Positions 12,226 to 25,199 of a DNA stretch of 64,000 nt are shown in pieces. Under the pieces are notes generated by a model. The model worked only from the letters and a program-made list of their open reading frames with translations, was not told the origin of the DNA and made no database searches. A program made the position numbers and the translations under genes. The stretch spans positions 12,152,520 to 12,216,519 of the forward strand of contig CM082578.2 in the NCBI GenBank assembly GCA_040954595.2, in the 5' to 3' direction. Positions within the stretch are counted from its first letter, which is position 1. Every line of letters begins with the position of its first letter. The DNA comes from Balanoglossus misakiensis. Its lineage: Eukaryota; Animalia; Hemichordata.

Positions 12226-15200
12226 TTGTGCCAGTGATGTACATGTGTGTGTGACATACTAAGGATTGCCAACTGACAGAAAAACAGTAGTAGTACAGAA
12301 CAATGTTGGTCATGTGTTTGTATTTTACTACTGCTGCATGATGCCTTCTACTCCTTCCACAGATTTGGAACCACCCTGATGTCCTGTACGAAGCAGTCCA
12401 GAAGAAGAATGAGGCTGAGTCTGGCGACGTGGACACCGACCTTGACCTGCCAGACATGGTGTCAAGGTCAGCTTCACCTAGTGTCCACCGCAGCGCGTCG
12501 GCACCGAGTCTGACAGCTCTGAAGAGTCGGGAAAGTCCAGCAAGGAAAGGCAAATATGAGCAGCTGCCAGGGTTGATTGGTTTCCAAGAGAAGATACAGC
12601 AAGTGATATCTTTGGATTGGGTAAGAGGTGTTCTCTAAAAACACACTTGTAGGCGAAAAATTGGGGGGGGGGGAAAGAGGGAAGTTTTTGAGGGTAGTGA
12701 GGTGGGAACTGAATATTTTAAAAATTTATATCCAAATTCGCCCATACCCCTTACCCATTACTTGTGAATGCAGCCTAAAGTACATGTACATGCATAGAAG
12801 TTCAGAAAACCTAATGGCCGCCATCTTTGTCCATGCAGGCTAATGACATTTTTTGGAACTACAAACCAAACGTTTTGAACAACAGCGGGAAAATGCTGAC
12901 GATGTTTTACATCTTGGATGAAAGTATCAGGCAGGGGGACAAAGTCTTGGTTTTCAGGTGAGTAACCTTATTTGCCATGACAACAGGATCATTACTGAAC
13001 AAAGTAAACAATTCAACAGTTACTTGATTCATGGATCTCATAATGCTGATTGTCTTCTGTCCATCCACGCTTTCTTGCAGTCAAAGTTTGAGTACATTAG
13101 ACCAGATAGAGAAGTTCTTGGCAGAGCATCCAGTGGCCCGTCCGCCGAATGCGCCAGAAAGCATGCCGACTCAGTGGACAAGGAACAAGTCCTACTTTCG
13201 TAAGTCATTCTCTGAGGAATATACAAGAAGTGGTTGGCTAACACACATCACTCTTGTCACCATATAGTACATTGATTGTTTTCTGATTCTCCATTGTTTT
13301 CGTCTGTCTCTTACTGGTGGTGTCTGTGCAGAAAGAATGTGACTTTTCACCGACAGTAAACAGTGATGTCGGTAACCCCTGTAAATAATAAGTCAAAGGA
13401 GAAGCATGAACAGAACGCACATAAATACTTCCTCTTTACAGTATACAATGCATTAGGGACACACTATAATAATGACTGTACCCCTGCCAATCCCCCCACC
13501 CCATACAGGTCTCGATGGCAGCAGCTCTTCGTCCGAACGGGAAAAGATGATCAACAACTTCAACTCGCCAACCAACTCTGATGTGTGGCTGTTTTTGCTG
13601 TCAACGAGGTAAGCATCACTGTGTACAAAAAATAGCAGGATCGAGTCACCTGTTCAGTGTCACGGCTTTATTGGTTGTGGTTTTAAGGTAGAAATGCAAT
13701 GACTTGCTTCACAATTGATGTCCGTTCATTTACAGGGCTGGCTGCCTCGGCGTCAATCTTGTTGGTGCCAACCGTGTCATCGTCTTCGATGCTTCCTGGA
13801 ATCCGTGCCACGACGCCCAAGCGGTGTGTCGGGTCTACCGCTACGGTCAGTTGAAAAAGTGTCACATCTACAGGCTGGTGTCGGAGAATACACTGGAGAA
13901 GAAGATCTACGACCGACAGATTTCCAAGCAAGGAATGTCAGGTAATGGAGTACTGTCAGAAAATGACCTTCTTGCCGAGGAAAAAAATATTGGTTTGAAA
14001 CCTTTTCATGTTGATCATGTGAGTTGCTAAAACAAATTATGTGTACATACCCCCTTGCGAGGCCATCGTAACATGTTCTTCTGTTTTGATAGACCGCGTG
14101 ATTGATGAACTGAATCCGGAGTTGAATTTAACGAAGAAGGAGGTCGAGTCGTTGCTTGAATACGATGAGAGTGACATGCCGTACGAAGATTTTGGTCACC
14201 ATGCCAAGAAATACAAAGACCCCATCCTGCGTGAAATTTGTTCTTCCTACAGTCGTTATATTGCCAAGGTAATAGTCGCATTTATTACTTGCATGAAGTG
14301 AAGCTGTGGGAGTCTGTTGGGGGCTGATAACGTGCCAGTCTAATGTGTCGCTTGGCAGATCCATCCAGAATTGTCCAGTAGACCATTCTCCGAACTCCAC
14401 AAGACCCTGTGAAATTCCTGCATGGCTGGGCAGTTTATAGGGAAGTCCGGATATTTATGACCAAACTCTTATTATTTACCTCTGACAGGAACCATTTACG
14501 CACGAGTCACTGCTGATGGACCGAAAGGAGTCCAGACTGACCAGAGCAGAAAAGCGTGCGGCAAAGAAGAGTTATGAAGCCGAGAAGAGACTGAACATCA
14601 GCTACTCCCGGCCGTCCTACACTGCGTACTACCCCAAGGGGTCCAATCCCACACAGACCGGGAGCTCTTCATCAATCAATCTTTCAAGGTAGATTTTTTT
14701 TATCACTGTCTCCAGACCAGTTTGACTTTGAAATAATTATCTCTCGCATGATCCAGAATGATGAATTGAAGGAGTTAACAAAGTCCATTTTTGGACCTTG
14801 ACCTCACCCAGCCATGATGTCACAGGTCACCAGGGTGTCAGAGTTCAATTTGTACAGTGTAGTCTCAAACAAAATGGCTGCCGTAAGTGTCCATAACACA
14901 AAAGCTTTAATCCGTCGACAATGTTTTAATCCACTCCAGGTTCTCCAGCGGGCAGCACGGGCCAGTGAACAGACCCGTGGCCAGCGTGCGTCCAATGCAG
15001 ACCACTCCAATACCTATGCAACCAGCGTCCAGTGCAGCAACTGCGGGGGTCAGCGAGCAGGTCAAGCAGAGGCTTCTGAACCTGAAACAAGCGGGGGTCA
15101 CAGTGCAGAAGATTGTCACCACAACAGGTCAGTGTCATTCAACCGACAAGCTGCACGGCACAATGTTTATTGTATTTTACTGTTGCAAAGAATTGATGCG

Positions 15201-16652
15201 AACCAAAACTTTCATGGGTCTTTGAAACACACTTGGATGTGAGATGGCATACACATAGTGTACTTGTGTTTGAGTTTTGATAATATGGAGTTACCACTGT
15301 GGCTAAATAGTCAATAAATGTTTAGAATAAGAATGTAAATAAAGGACTCAAAATTACTGTGAATTATCTTGTCTTGTTTTACAGATATACATCTTCCGGG
15401 GCTAAACACACCATCGACTTCTTCAGCCCCGATGATAAAAGCAGGGGAGACCATCAACATCATACGAACACAGAAAGGGATCTATGTCCGCAACCAAGAA
15501 GGCAAGATCTATGCGGTGCGGCCCGGTCCCTCGCGCAACTCGTCGGAGCCCAATGCCAGCAGCAGCGACGCGACACCACCACCTTCCTCAGCAGGTGTGA
15601 GTGACATGTGGATTGGAAACGTCGGCTTGGCTGACGGCGACAAGCAGCAAACGCCGGGTATTATGTCAACGGGTCAGAGTGCGGAGAGCAAAGTGGCCGC
15701 GAGTCCGCCCGTCGCCGAATCGACAGATCTGAATCCGCTGCGCACTCTGCTGGGTTCTGATCCCGAGACCTCCAAGCCAGCAACTCAACTCCCCGATGGC
15801 AGTGACATGGAAAAATTCACCTCGCAAGGGGATTCCGTGACCAACAACACGTACGTGACGACTTCTCCCACGACTGGCACAGACACGAACTTAAGTACCG
15901 GCACCCCGACCGGAATGAGTCTCTCGTCGATTGTTTGTATGTCGACGCCAACCGTAACAACCACCACGGTCAACGCCAGTCGTCCAGGCAGCCAGCAGTC
16001 TGCAAGTACCGAGAACTCGGCTGAGAAAACAGGCACAGATGCTAGTGTGACAAAACCACAGCTTCTCGGTCCAATGCCTTCGGTCATTCCACCCTTTGGT
16101 GCCCTCTCGTTGCCGTCGTCGTCGGGCGCGCCCCTGCCACTGATGAGCCTAGCGGGCTTGCCTGCGCCCATACCGCACAGTCAGTCGCTGGGCTATTACC
16201 CAGTGCCCGGAATGCCCCCCTTTCAGCACCACCACAGCCCGTTTGGGCTGCCAGATTCGCGAATGAACCCCATGGCCGGACTGGCCGGCCTGGGGTACTC
16301 GAGTCCCATGGCATTCAGCGCGCACGGCAACGGCAGCCAGCTGGCCGTCTCCAGGCACCAGGGAACGGGGCTGGGTGCCCCGGCAACACTCCTGCCCAAA
16401 GCCCAGAGCGTGGACAGCAGTCTGGCGCACCTCTCCGGAATGATGGACGCCAGCAACAGTAGCAGCAGCGGCTCGAGCACGCCCACAGGCAGCAGCCGCT
16501 TCGGCGAGGTCGGCGACCTGGCGAACTTGATCAATTTCACCCAGTCCAACTGGCTGCAGAATTCCATGCAAAGAATTGGCGACAGTTTTGTGAGCAAGTC
16601 CGACAGCGGAGGAGAGGAGGCACAAAGTATGGATGTTGTAAATGACTCATAA
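7891..16652 (+). CDS. RAD54L2: Helicase ARIP4 / RAD54-like 2 (SNF2-family ATPase)
   Basis: About 19 exons: 7891-8462, 8625-8791, 8987-9049, 9234-9428, ~9988-10211, 10359-10713, 10881-11048, 11287-11402, 11514-11676, 11926-12168, 12363-12620, 12839-12957, 13081-13199, 13509-13608, 13736-13941, 14093-14268, 14489-14688, 14940-15128, 15384-16652. Motifs: [91 protein letters not shown]. Confidence 0.95.
8826..9280 (+). repeat. Tandem duplication (~225-245 bp x2) of an intron 3' portion plus exon start within RAD54L2
   Basis: 8826-9050 and 9051-~9280 align throughout: taaatattta..gaaatgaaa..gattgacgag..agagaaaaccct..actgcccactag..taaaaggcatgt..cagataagc.aactgag..gtcgtccacagaca. Confidence 0.9.
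12185..12222. repeat. (TG)n microsatellite in a RAD54L2 intron
   Basis: About 19 uninterrupted TG units just after the donor at 12169. Confidence 0.95.
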
Positions 16653-18159
16653 TGGACGAAACTTGCATCGGTGCATAGTGGACTTTTAGTGAATGGACTG
16701 AAATATATTATCTCCCTACTGAGTAGGAAGAAATACCAGCAGCTCAAATAAGATTGAGTGAAAGAGAATATATATATATATATATAATGTTCATTCTTTT
16801 ATTCCAGGGAAATGCTCCCTTTTAAGAATGTACCCCAATCCCTGCTCACAGCGGTGAAAACTGGCCACATATACTCCTTGCGTGGTTGAGGGTCAACGCG
16901 CCTTACTGCTAATGAACATGCCCATTGTTGCTCAGCATTAGCCCCGGGAAGCATGGGGGAGGGAGGGGGGAGTGGCTGCATCTGACTGAAAAAATAATAA
17001 GGGGATGCACAGGTTTCAGTAGTGGCGTTAAGATCCCATTGGGGGTCTCGAGGCCCACCAGACTCACAAGTAGATTATGCATGCTCTCTTCTGAAAAGTG
17101 TACATTTGAAATGCAATTTCTTTGCAGTGAAGCACTTTTCATTTCATGAACTCTTTTAAGTGGTAAGTGTTGTGTGTCCAGACTATGTTAATAAAAAATG
17201 TGCTGTAGGAAAAAAAATTGTAATGAAGTGTTCGTGTGACAGAATTTTATAAGTTTTTATTGTTTTTCACTGTATGCACACCTTAAAGTGTTCTTCAGTG
17301 TTTATTTAATGTGTGTGACGTAGGAAAGTCACAAACAAAATAAAAAAATATATTCCAAAATGACAATCTTTATCTTGTCTCATTCTGAAAGTGCCATGAA
17401 GAACTAGCACAGTCGGGAATAGCATAAGATGTGTGTGTGTTAATACATGTACCTGTTAGCACTGTTTTTCTCATTGTCAAAGACAAAGGTTGACTGTCAT
17501 CATCATCGCGTAAAAATACTGACGACTCGAACCACTTGAGGGCGCTGTTAGACACACCACGTGCAGGTATGTTTCGCACAAGGTGATTCTAGCCCAGCCC
17601 GACACATAGGTCGCTTGCCCTTCTCTGACAGTCACATGAATCGGGATGAGGCATTTATCTGACCACAATCCCTCTTAGGAATGTTTTCCTTTCATAAATC
17701 TCGGCGGACAACTGGCATGGCACTTTGTGCTAAGTCCTACACTTGTCTCCGCTGCGCAAAAAAATGCGAGCTTTTAATTTTATAATTAAAAGTTCGCATT
17801 TTATTGCGCAGTGTGGGCATGTCACTGAGTCTTGTTGACATGTTACAATGAGGATTGCAATCAATGATGATGATAATTTTTTTTTTAAAACAGTATGTCA
17901 TTCCTTGCTGTTGTTTGTCGATCACGGGCGTTTGTAGGGACTAACAGTGTATTTGTGGAGTTGACGTCGAATATAAAAAAAAAGTGGCGTATCGCAAGGC
18001 CCCAAAACACCGCGAAGAACTCATATGACGCGAAAGCTGGAGATAAAAGACTAAGAAAGCAATGTTTATACAAACGCCTGTGCACAGTATGTATCATTAA
18101 TTTCATAATCAATGCATGCGATATGCCCAGGTGAAATCTTGCTCTACCTGGTCGGTCCT

Positions 18160-18306
18160 TTCAGTGAACGTGCGCATGCGCCTGTTCATTTCCATATCGC
18201 CTTGGCGAATGTAAACGCTTTCGATTGTCTTGGGGATACGTTGTGCTGAGCTGCAGGAGATCGGGCTGATTGATGCGTTATGTAATTCAGCATTATAGAG
18301 GTAAGA
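18160..18306 (+). promoter_or_regulatory. CpG-rich promoter with an NRF1-type site and probable non-coding first exon of the CUB receptor gene
   Basis: tgcgcatgcgc at 18171-18181 and a donor gag|gtaaga at 18300/18301; the next plus-strand coding exon starts at 20454. Confidence 0.45.
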
Positions 18307-19427
18307 AACCGGCGCTTGTACCTACTCCTTTGCGCCATGAATATCACAACTTTAGGTGATGATGTACAGTGTGATCTGCGAATGCGGGAACACCTTTTAG
18401 TTTTAATCATGATGATCGATGTCAGTGTACGTACGTCAGCCATTTTCCAAAAGGTACAGTCTGTACCTATAGGCTCGGTCACGCGTATTGACTGTTGAAA
18501 GCGTTTCGATCGGTTGAATATTGTTGGAACAGTTTGGCAGAATGCGAAAGCCTAGCCTCGGGTGTTTAATGGCAATGCGTTAAAACTGGACGTCAACTGA
18601 TTTAGTTGAAACAGCCAGCCAGATCTTGTCACGTATGTACGCGTATGTACATATCAACAACACTTTCGACTCTTATGAGTATGACCGGTGTCACGCAAGT
18701 TTATCTTTTTCGTAAACAAACACAAAGGTGAACGAAACTGTTTGTTTTACGGTGCTGTTATTTACACGAATGTTGACACATTTATCCAAACGTTACCACG
18801 AATATGCGATCCTGACATCAGAGTTACAATAAATCATGTGTGTAAGTATGGGAAAGTAAATTTCATTAATTTATGATAATTTAAGGTACATTGTACACAC
18901 TTTCAAAAGACATTTCTATGGAAAAAATAGAAGAGTGAACTGTGATGTTACCGGACAAACAGTTCATGTTGATTCGCACGTAACTGCACAAACTGTCAGT
19001 TGAAAAGATGTTTAATGCCTTAACAAAATTATAATCTAATATGTTATCGTAATTACTGATACTAATAATAATGATTTCAATATATTCTGTTTACGTAAAA
19101 AATATTACGGTCCGTTCTGAACGACAATCAAAATATCCGGAATAGTATCCGGGTACTCAGGGTTGTATTATAAACTGCTGTTCTCACTCTTCACCTTTGT
19201 GCTTGTGTGCAGTGACGTCAGTGTGTGTTATGCACACTGATGCAGAACAATAGACAACACAAAATGATAACAATGCTGCATATCTGCCTCTGTGTAATTG
19301 TATGGGTTAGTCCATAGACCCTATCAATATTTTGACATTTTTGGCTGTGGATAATTATTATATAGTGAAATTTCATTGTTGAACAGACACATATACAGTG
19401 TCACATATGGGGCATTGCTGTTGTCAA

Positions 19428-19462
19428 CATCATCATCATCATCATCATCATCGACATCATCA
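19428..19462. repeat. (CAT)n microsatellite
   Basis: About 8 perfect CAT units followed by an interrupted tail. Confidence 0.9.
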
Positions 19463-19862
19463 TATTATTATTATATTTTGCCGCTTTTGTGCTCCTTTCC
19501 GTTGTCACCATCTGAGACAGCCCCTTACTAGACTGTTAGTAGAATTGCTTCTGTATATATAATAGTTCCCATCCACAAAGACCAAACAAGTTTAGGCCAA
19601 AGGGAAAAATGTCTTTGTAAGTGTCAGCATTCCCATTCAGTGAATTCACTGTGGCAAACAATAAGCTAATACCTGGGATGTATGCAAAGTGAACAAGGGT
19701 AACCCAACTCTCTCACTTTGCTACAGGCAGTGGTCTTTGAGCAGTTGAAAGCGACAGATGCCCAGAAGAGCTACTGTAAATTGACCGGGGAACCCAATGT
19801 GGGCCTTAACAAAAAAAAAAAAAAAAAAAAACTGTGCCATTTGATAGTTCAGCAGGCCAGAC

Positions 19863-19956
19863 TTAACCCTTTCACCCCCAGTTCTCTCTATAGAGGTCCA
19901 ACCTTACCATAGAAAACAATGGGTTTGGACTGAACCATGATGGTGAAAGGAGTTAG
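19863..19956. mobile_element. ~90-bp MITE with piggyBac-like ends
   Basis: ttaa|ccctttcacc...ggtgaaagg(a)g|ttag: terminal inverted repeats starting CCCT, flanked by TTAA and a degenerate TTAG; no coding capacity. Confidence 0.6.
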
Positions 19957-20453
19957 TTGGAAAAACTACATGGACCAATACTTGATATTCGCCATGCGTG
20001 AACAGTGTTTTGCCTACATGCGTTATCGTATACTGCCCTTAACGAAATCACTGTTGAAAGAGTTGAACCAGAAGACTCTCTTTGAGTCACTGAACCGAAA
20101 TAGTAGACGCCATGGTATTCCCGGAATATAGCTGTGTGTTTTGTACCAGTCAGGGGTTTTGTAACAGTATACTGTATACTAGAGTTCAGCAGCTTCACAA
20201 ACAGACATCTTTATGGCATCATATTTCATGTGTGTACTCAGGTAAACAGTTGTCAGAACTTCCTCTTGGTCAGGTAACCAGTGACCTGTAACATACTGAT
20301 CCTTGTGTGTATCAGTGCTTAAAGCATAGAACATGAAACGAAACAATTATAAACAAACACAGTTTTAACGATAAAATAGCTTCAAATATGTTGAGGGCAA
20401 CTCTAACTGTTGACACTGTTTATATTTACTCCAGTTTTTCTGTATAGGCAACT

Positions 20454-23400
20454 ATGAAAAGAATGGCAGCTGAACTGGTCTTGACAGCGGCAGTGTTGGC
20501 AGCCATGACAGTGGTGTCGGCTGTCGGCAGTGGATGTGATGTCAGTGAAGATCCGATAGAGGTCCATTTTGGAGACGAAGAGCACCTGGTTGCCCCTAAT
20601 TATCCAAACCGCTATCTGCCCGGCCAACGGTGCAATTTCCTGATTTCAACAGATGATAGTAAGTGGGCTATGAATGATATCATGTTAAGGATGTACGATC
20701 AGTAAAATTGAAAGTATTGACTTTTCTTTTAATTGTGGATTTTTGTCGAAAGAGGGTGTATTGCACTTTTATGTTGCATGTAAATTGTACATTAGAGTTT
20801 GAATTGTCGTGTTTGAAAAACTGAATAGAAATCTAGACTTATATAAATTTAATCCTTTGTTGAACCATCTTTGCCGATTCAACTTTAGATTACAAGATAC
20901 GAGTTGAATTTGAAGACTTTGAGTTGGAGGCGAGAGACAGTGGAGAATGTCTCTACGATTACTTTGAATTCTACGACGGCGACTCGACGTCGGATCGTCA
21001 CCTAGGTCGCTACTGTGGCGAGAAGATGCCCAGCACGGTGGTTTCGACCGGCAAAGTGATGCTGGTTGTGTTCATTAGTGATCAGACAATACAGCCCGGG
21101 ACAGCCAGGGCCAAAATTGAGAGTGTTCCCAGCAACTATATCGGTGAGTTGATTAGGGGTAAAAGTTGTATGAATTTGAAGATTTTTTCAGAAATTTCTC
21201 TGCATCAATCCCGTGTTTTTGCTCAGAAGGTTTTCTGAAGTTTTAAATTATTGTACTCCAGAACCGTATGAGATCAGTCAGTGTGGCGGCATTCTGACCA
21301 ATGACCAGGGAGATTTCTCATCACCTGACTATCCCTATGGCTACGAATCCAATGAATACTGTGTCTATGTTATATCTGTGGATAGAGATGATACTATACA
21401 GGTAAGTAAAATGCTAAAGAAAAAAAATCTGTTAAATTAATGGACAGGCTTACTTTGCAGTTGTGGACAAATCAAATGTTTGGCTATTGGCAAAAACACA
21501 CACCTGGCTATTGGCAAAATAGCACTGAACACTTGTAACCTATCAATATTCAAATTTCCGTCCACAGCTCCACTTCACGTCGTTCGACCTGGAGACCCAC
21601 AGATCCTGCGAGTACGACTTTGTCAGTGTGCTGGACGGCGATGATTTGATGCATTCGAACGTGATCGGCAAGTATTGTGGCGGAGAAGACAACAGGCCAC
21701 CGCACATTGTAGAGTCGACGGGGAATAAGATGACCGTTGTCTTTCACTCGGACGTAACCATCCACTACGAGGGATTCTACGCCAAGTACGCCATATCCGA
21801 CATCGGCTTTCCCGATCTGCCTCCAACATCACTGGTTCCTTCTGCTAACACAGTAGCAGGTAAGTCATCACACGAATATTCTGCATGAAATTTCTTGCAA
21901 AAAAAATCATGTGGTAAGCTAGCTCTGTACATTATAATTGTTCATTGATCGATGTGAGAAGACTGACCCAAGCTACATCTATTCAGACAAAAACTCTACA
22001 AAATTTCACACCACTTTTACTTCTCTTGCATTTCAGTTTGTGATCTGTCCCGGGCAATCATAAACGACAGAGGAGGAATTATTGTCTCGCATGAATCCTA
22101 CCCTGACGGACAATATCCTAATGAAGCCGAGTGCGTCACCGTCATCATTGGCAGTCGCCTGTCGGACAAAATCTACCTGTCCATTGAAGAAATGGATCTC
22201 AAGCCCCAGTCAAGTAAGTGCATTACTGTTCTATGTAGATACGCCATTGTGTTTGTGCAAAACCGGGCAAAAGATCAGTGTTCTTCAGATATATTTAATA
22301 TTAGAACTTGATCGCCATGACTCCAAATATGGCTGACATGATGTCTTGACCTTTGACACTATTTTTTTCATTTCCAGCGAGTGAGGACCAGTGTCAGGCC
22401 GGCTCCGGTGACTACATTGAAGTTGTCGATGGCGACCTGAACATCTTCAATCCCACCGTGCTGGGAAGACAGTGCGGCTCGCAAACCGACTCCTTCACCT
22501 CGTCCTTTGTGTATTTACAGTTGCACTTCATCACGGACACCACCCACACCCAACAGCACAGGGGCTTCAAGGCCATCTATGCTGTGTATTACACAGGTGA
22601 GTGTTGTTTTCCTACATGATTTATGCTTTAATTGCTAGAGCTGTTTTGATGTCGTATGACAAAGGGGTGGCGGTTATGTGAATTAGCTTACATTGCTATC
22701 GCCTTGCCTTGTTTTCTCATTCTGTAATAAACTGCCCCGAAACACCTCAATTATTCATCATGTGCAATTAACATTAATGAATTGTACTCACTCAACCAAG
22801 CCTGTGTATTGTGTTTTGATCAGCCAATGACCCTCATTACATTTGAATCACTAATGCAATCCACCGTCTGTTGATTTTGGGAGAGAAAAATGCCCTTGTG
22901 TGTAAGACTAAGAGTATAAAAAATGTTGATTCAGTGGTGTACCTCTATAAATAAAAAAAAATGTTTATGTTCAGGGACAATCATTTCCAGGTGACTCCAT
23001 CGACAGTGTGTATCAAAAGCAGTTCATACAATTATGGGTCAGTCACTGATATGGAAAAGAGCATTGAAACTGAAAAACATATTTATCTTATATTCAGTAG
23101 GAATGTGGGGCAGGAGTTAACTTTTGACGATGGGCATTTCAAAAGCAATGTTGACCTAATCTCTTGGATTAAATTAATGCTCATAAATCCTATTCTGCTT
23201 TTCAACATGCCTCCAGTATTCGCTGATTAAACTGTACAAACACTCAATAATTCATGATAGATTGCTGAAGCCTATGGATACCCAGTTATGCCATCTTCAC
23301 TGTCGACTGACCAAGTTTTGAATATTTTATGGTTTTGAAAAATGTATACATGGAAAATGCAAATTTTATCAGAATAATGTAGTTGCTGCTGAATGCAAGA

Positions 23401-25199
23401 AGTGTGTGCGCTGTCGCCAGAGGTGACAAGTCCCTTTCATTTTTCTTTGCAACCTTCCTGTTTTCTTGTTTTTTGAAAAAACAAGGGAAGAAATGGACAT
23501 TATTTAAGAATTAGAAGAGATTAGATAACACATAACTTATGCAGAGAATTGCAAATATGCCATCAAAATGGAATATATCATATTGCAAAGAAATTAGGAT
23601 TCAGCTTTCACTTTGCATTGGAACAGGAATGGGGACATTTTGTTGTCACCATGGAGACTTCCCTCTACGTAGAACGATTCCCACCATCAACGCTTTATGG
23701 CTCTATTAATGGATTTACAAATTGTTCGAAACACCAGAACTAAACCAGACGACAGATAAACAGTAATAAAAAACCCAGCTGCTGAAATATGCGTTGTGCC
23801 TTTGGACACTTCTGGAGAGAACGTTCACTGTGAGATCATGTTACCAGTCAATGTAAATTAATTGTTTTTTTCTATCATTATGTTTTCAGACTCGTTTGGC
23901 TGCAATACTGGCGATTTCCAGTGTCGTAACGACCGATGCATCGCAGAGTATCTGGTCTGTGATGGGTACAATCACTGTGGCGACAACACTGATGAAGACG
24001 AAGGCTGTGGTATGCATGTTTTGTCTTCTACATTTCAAGATGGTGTCTATTTTGTGAAGATTTGAAGATGAAACCATTAAAAATTTCATATGCAGAAATG
24101 GTTTGTCTCCAGAATATCATTGGCATAGAAAGTGCATTTGTAATCAAATGATATGGATTAATAATTAACTTGTGAATGTAATTTTCTCAATTCTGCAACA
24201 CCAATTAGGCTTGGCGCCGGACCCAGACAGTCCCGGGTCAAACACTGACAAGGGGGACGAAAAGAAAGGTGTAGACACGGGTTTGATCATTGGACTGTGC
24301 ATTGCGTTTGGAGCCGTCCTGTCTGCAGTGGCTTGTCTAGTCATCATCAAAGTGTTCTCAAAGCCTGCACAACGCCCCGAGGCAAGACTCACCAACCTGC
24401 AGACACAAATGGAGAGGTAAATTAATTCTCACATCCAGTTTCACACCAGGGCCTACATGAACACCTTATCAATGGTACTGCTGGGATTACGAGTGAATGG
24501 ACGACAGTTTCACCCGAAGCTCACAAAACCTCTTATTGTTTTTCTTGCTGCGTCCATGTAAAACGTAGTTTAATTGTCATGCCAAAAATTTGAAAAAACG
24601 TATGGGTTGGAAGGTTTGGATATCTCTATGATGTCAACACATTGACTGCAGGGTTACAATTGAACTTATCTCTCATATTCAGAGAACAGACAATATTGCT
24701 AACAATTGCTAAAAAAAATGATAAGGTGATCTCCCAGAGGTAAAATATTTTCATTCAGTATTGTTTTTTGTTTTTTTTTACTTCCAGGAATGAGGCTGGC
24801 GAACGGGTAACCGGCCATGACAATCCAATCTACGACAGTGAACGCATCACTGCTCCTTCAGCGCCGCCCAGATACTCAGAGGTGGTGAATCTGACCAGGC
24901 CAGGGTTGACTGCCCCTGTCACTGTCGCTGACACGCCCCAAGCCCCACCTCTGGAAGAGAAGGATAGCTCCTTTCCCGCTAACGGGAATTTCGTGACGGC
25001 TACGCTACCGCCACCACAGCCTGTTCCAGCCGGTCAGCTACCACCGCTGAGAAACGCTCCCTTGCCGAATCCGTCAAGAGACGCGTTGTACAGCAACGAG
25101 GCATCCAGACTGGAGAGCGCATCAGCTCTACCCCCTATCAGCCACCCTCCCCCCACCAGATTACCCCCTCTGAGTGACCCACCGTCCTATCATACTTAA
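20454..25199 (+). CDS. Type I membrane protein: signal peptide, 3 CUB domains, LDLa, TM and Pro-rich tail (LRP12/Neto/LDLRAD-like architecture)
   Basis: Exons 20454-20658, 20889-21144, 21262-21400, 21568-21859, 22037-22213, 22378-22597, 23890-24009, 24209-24416, 24788-25199. Hydrophobic N-terminus; CUB motifs APNYPNRY, SPDYPYGY, SYPDGQYPNEAEC; LDLa CNTGDFQCRNDRCIAEYLVCDGYNHCGDNTDEDEGC; TM GLIIGLCIAFGAVLSAVACLVII. Confidence 0.9.

Noticed and set aside
15785-16747. Several overlapping minus-strand ORFs
   Set aside because: Shadows of the GC-rich last exon of RAD54L2.
21481-21520. 15-bp direct repeat tggctattggcaaaa x2; likewise atacaagtctatgtgtaac x2 at ~53940-53990
   Set aside because: Local slippage duplications in introns with only two copies; not CRISPR-like arrays.
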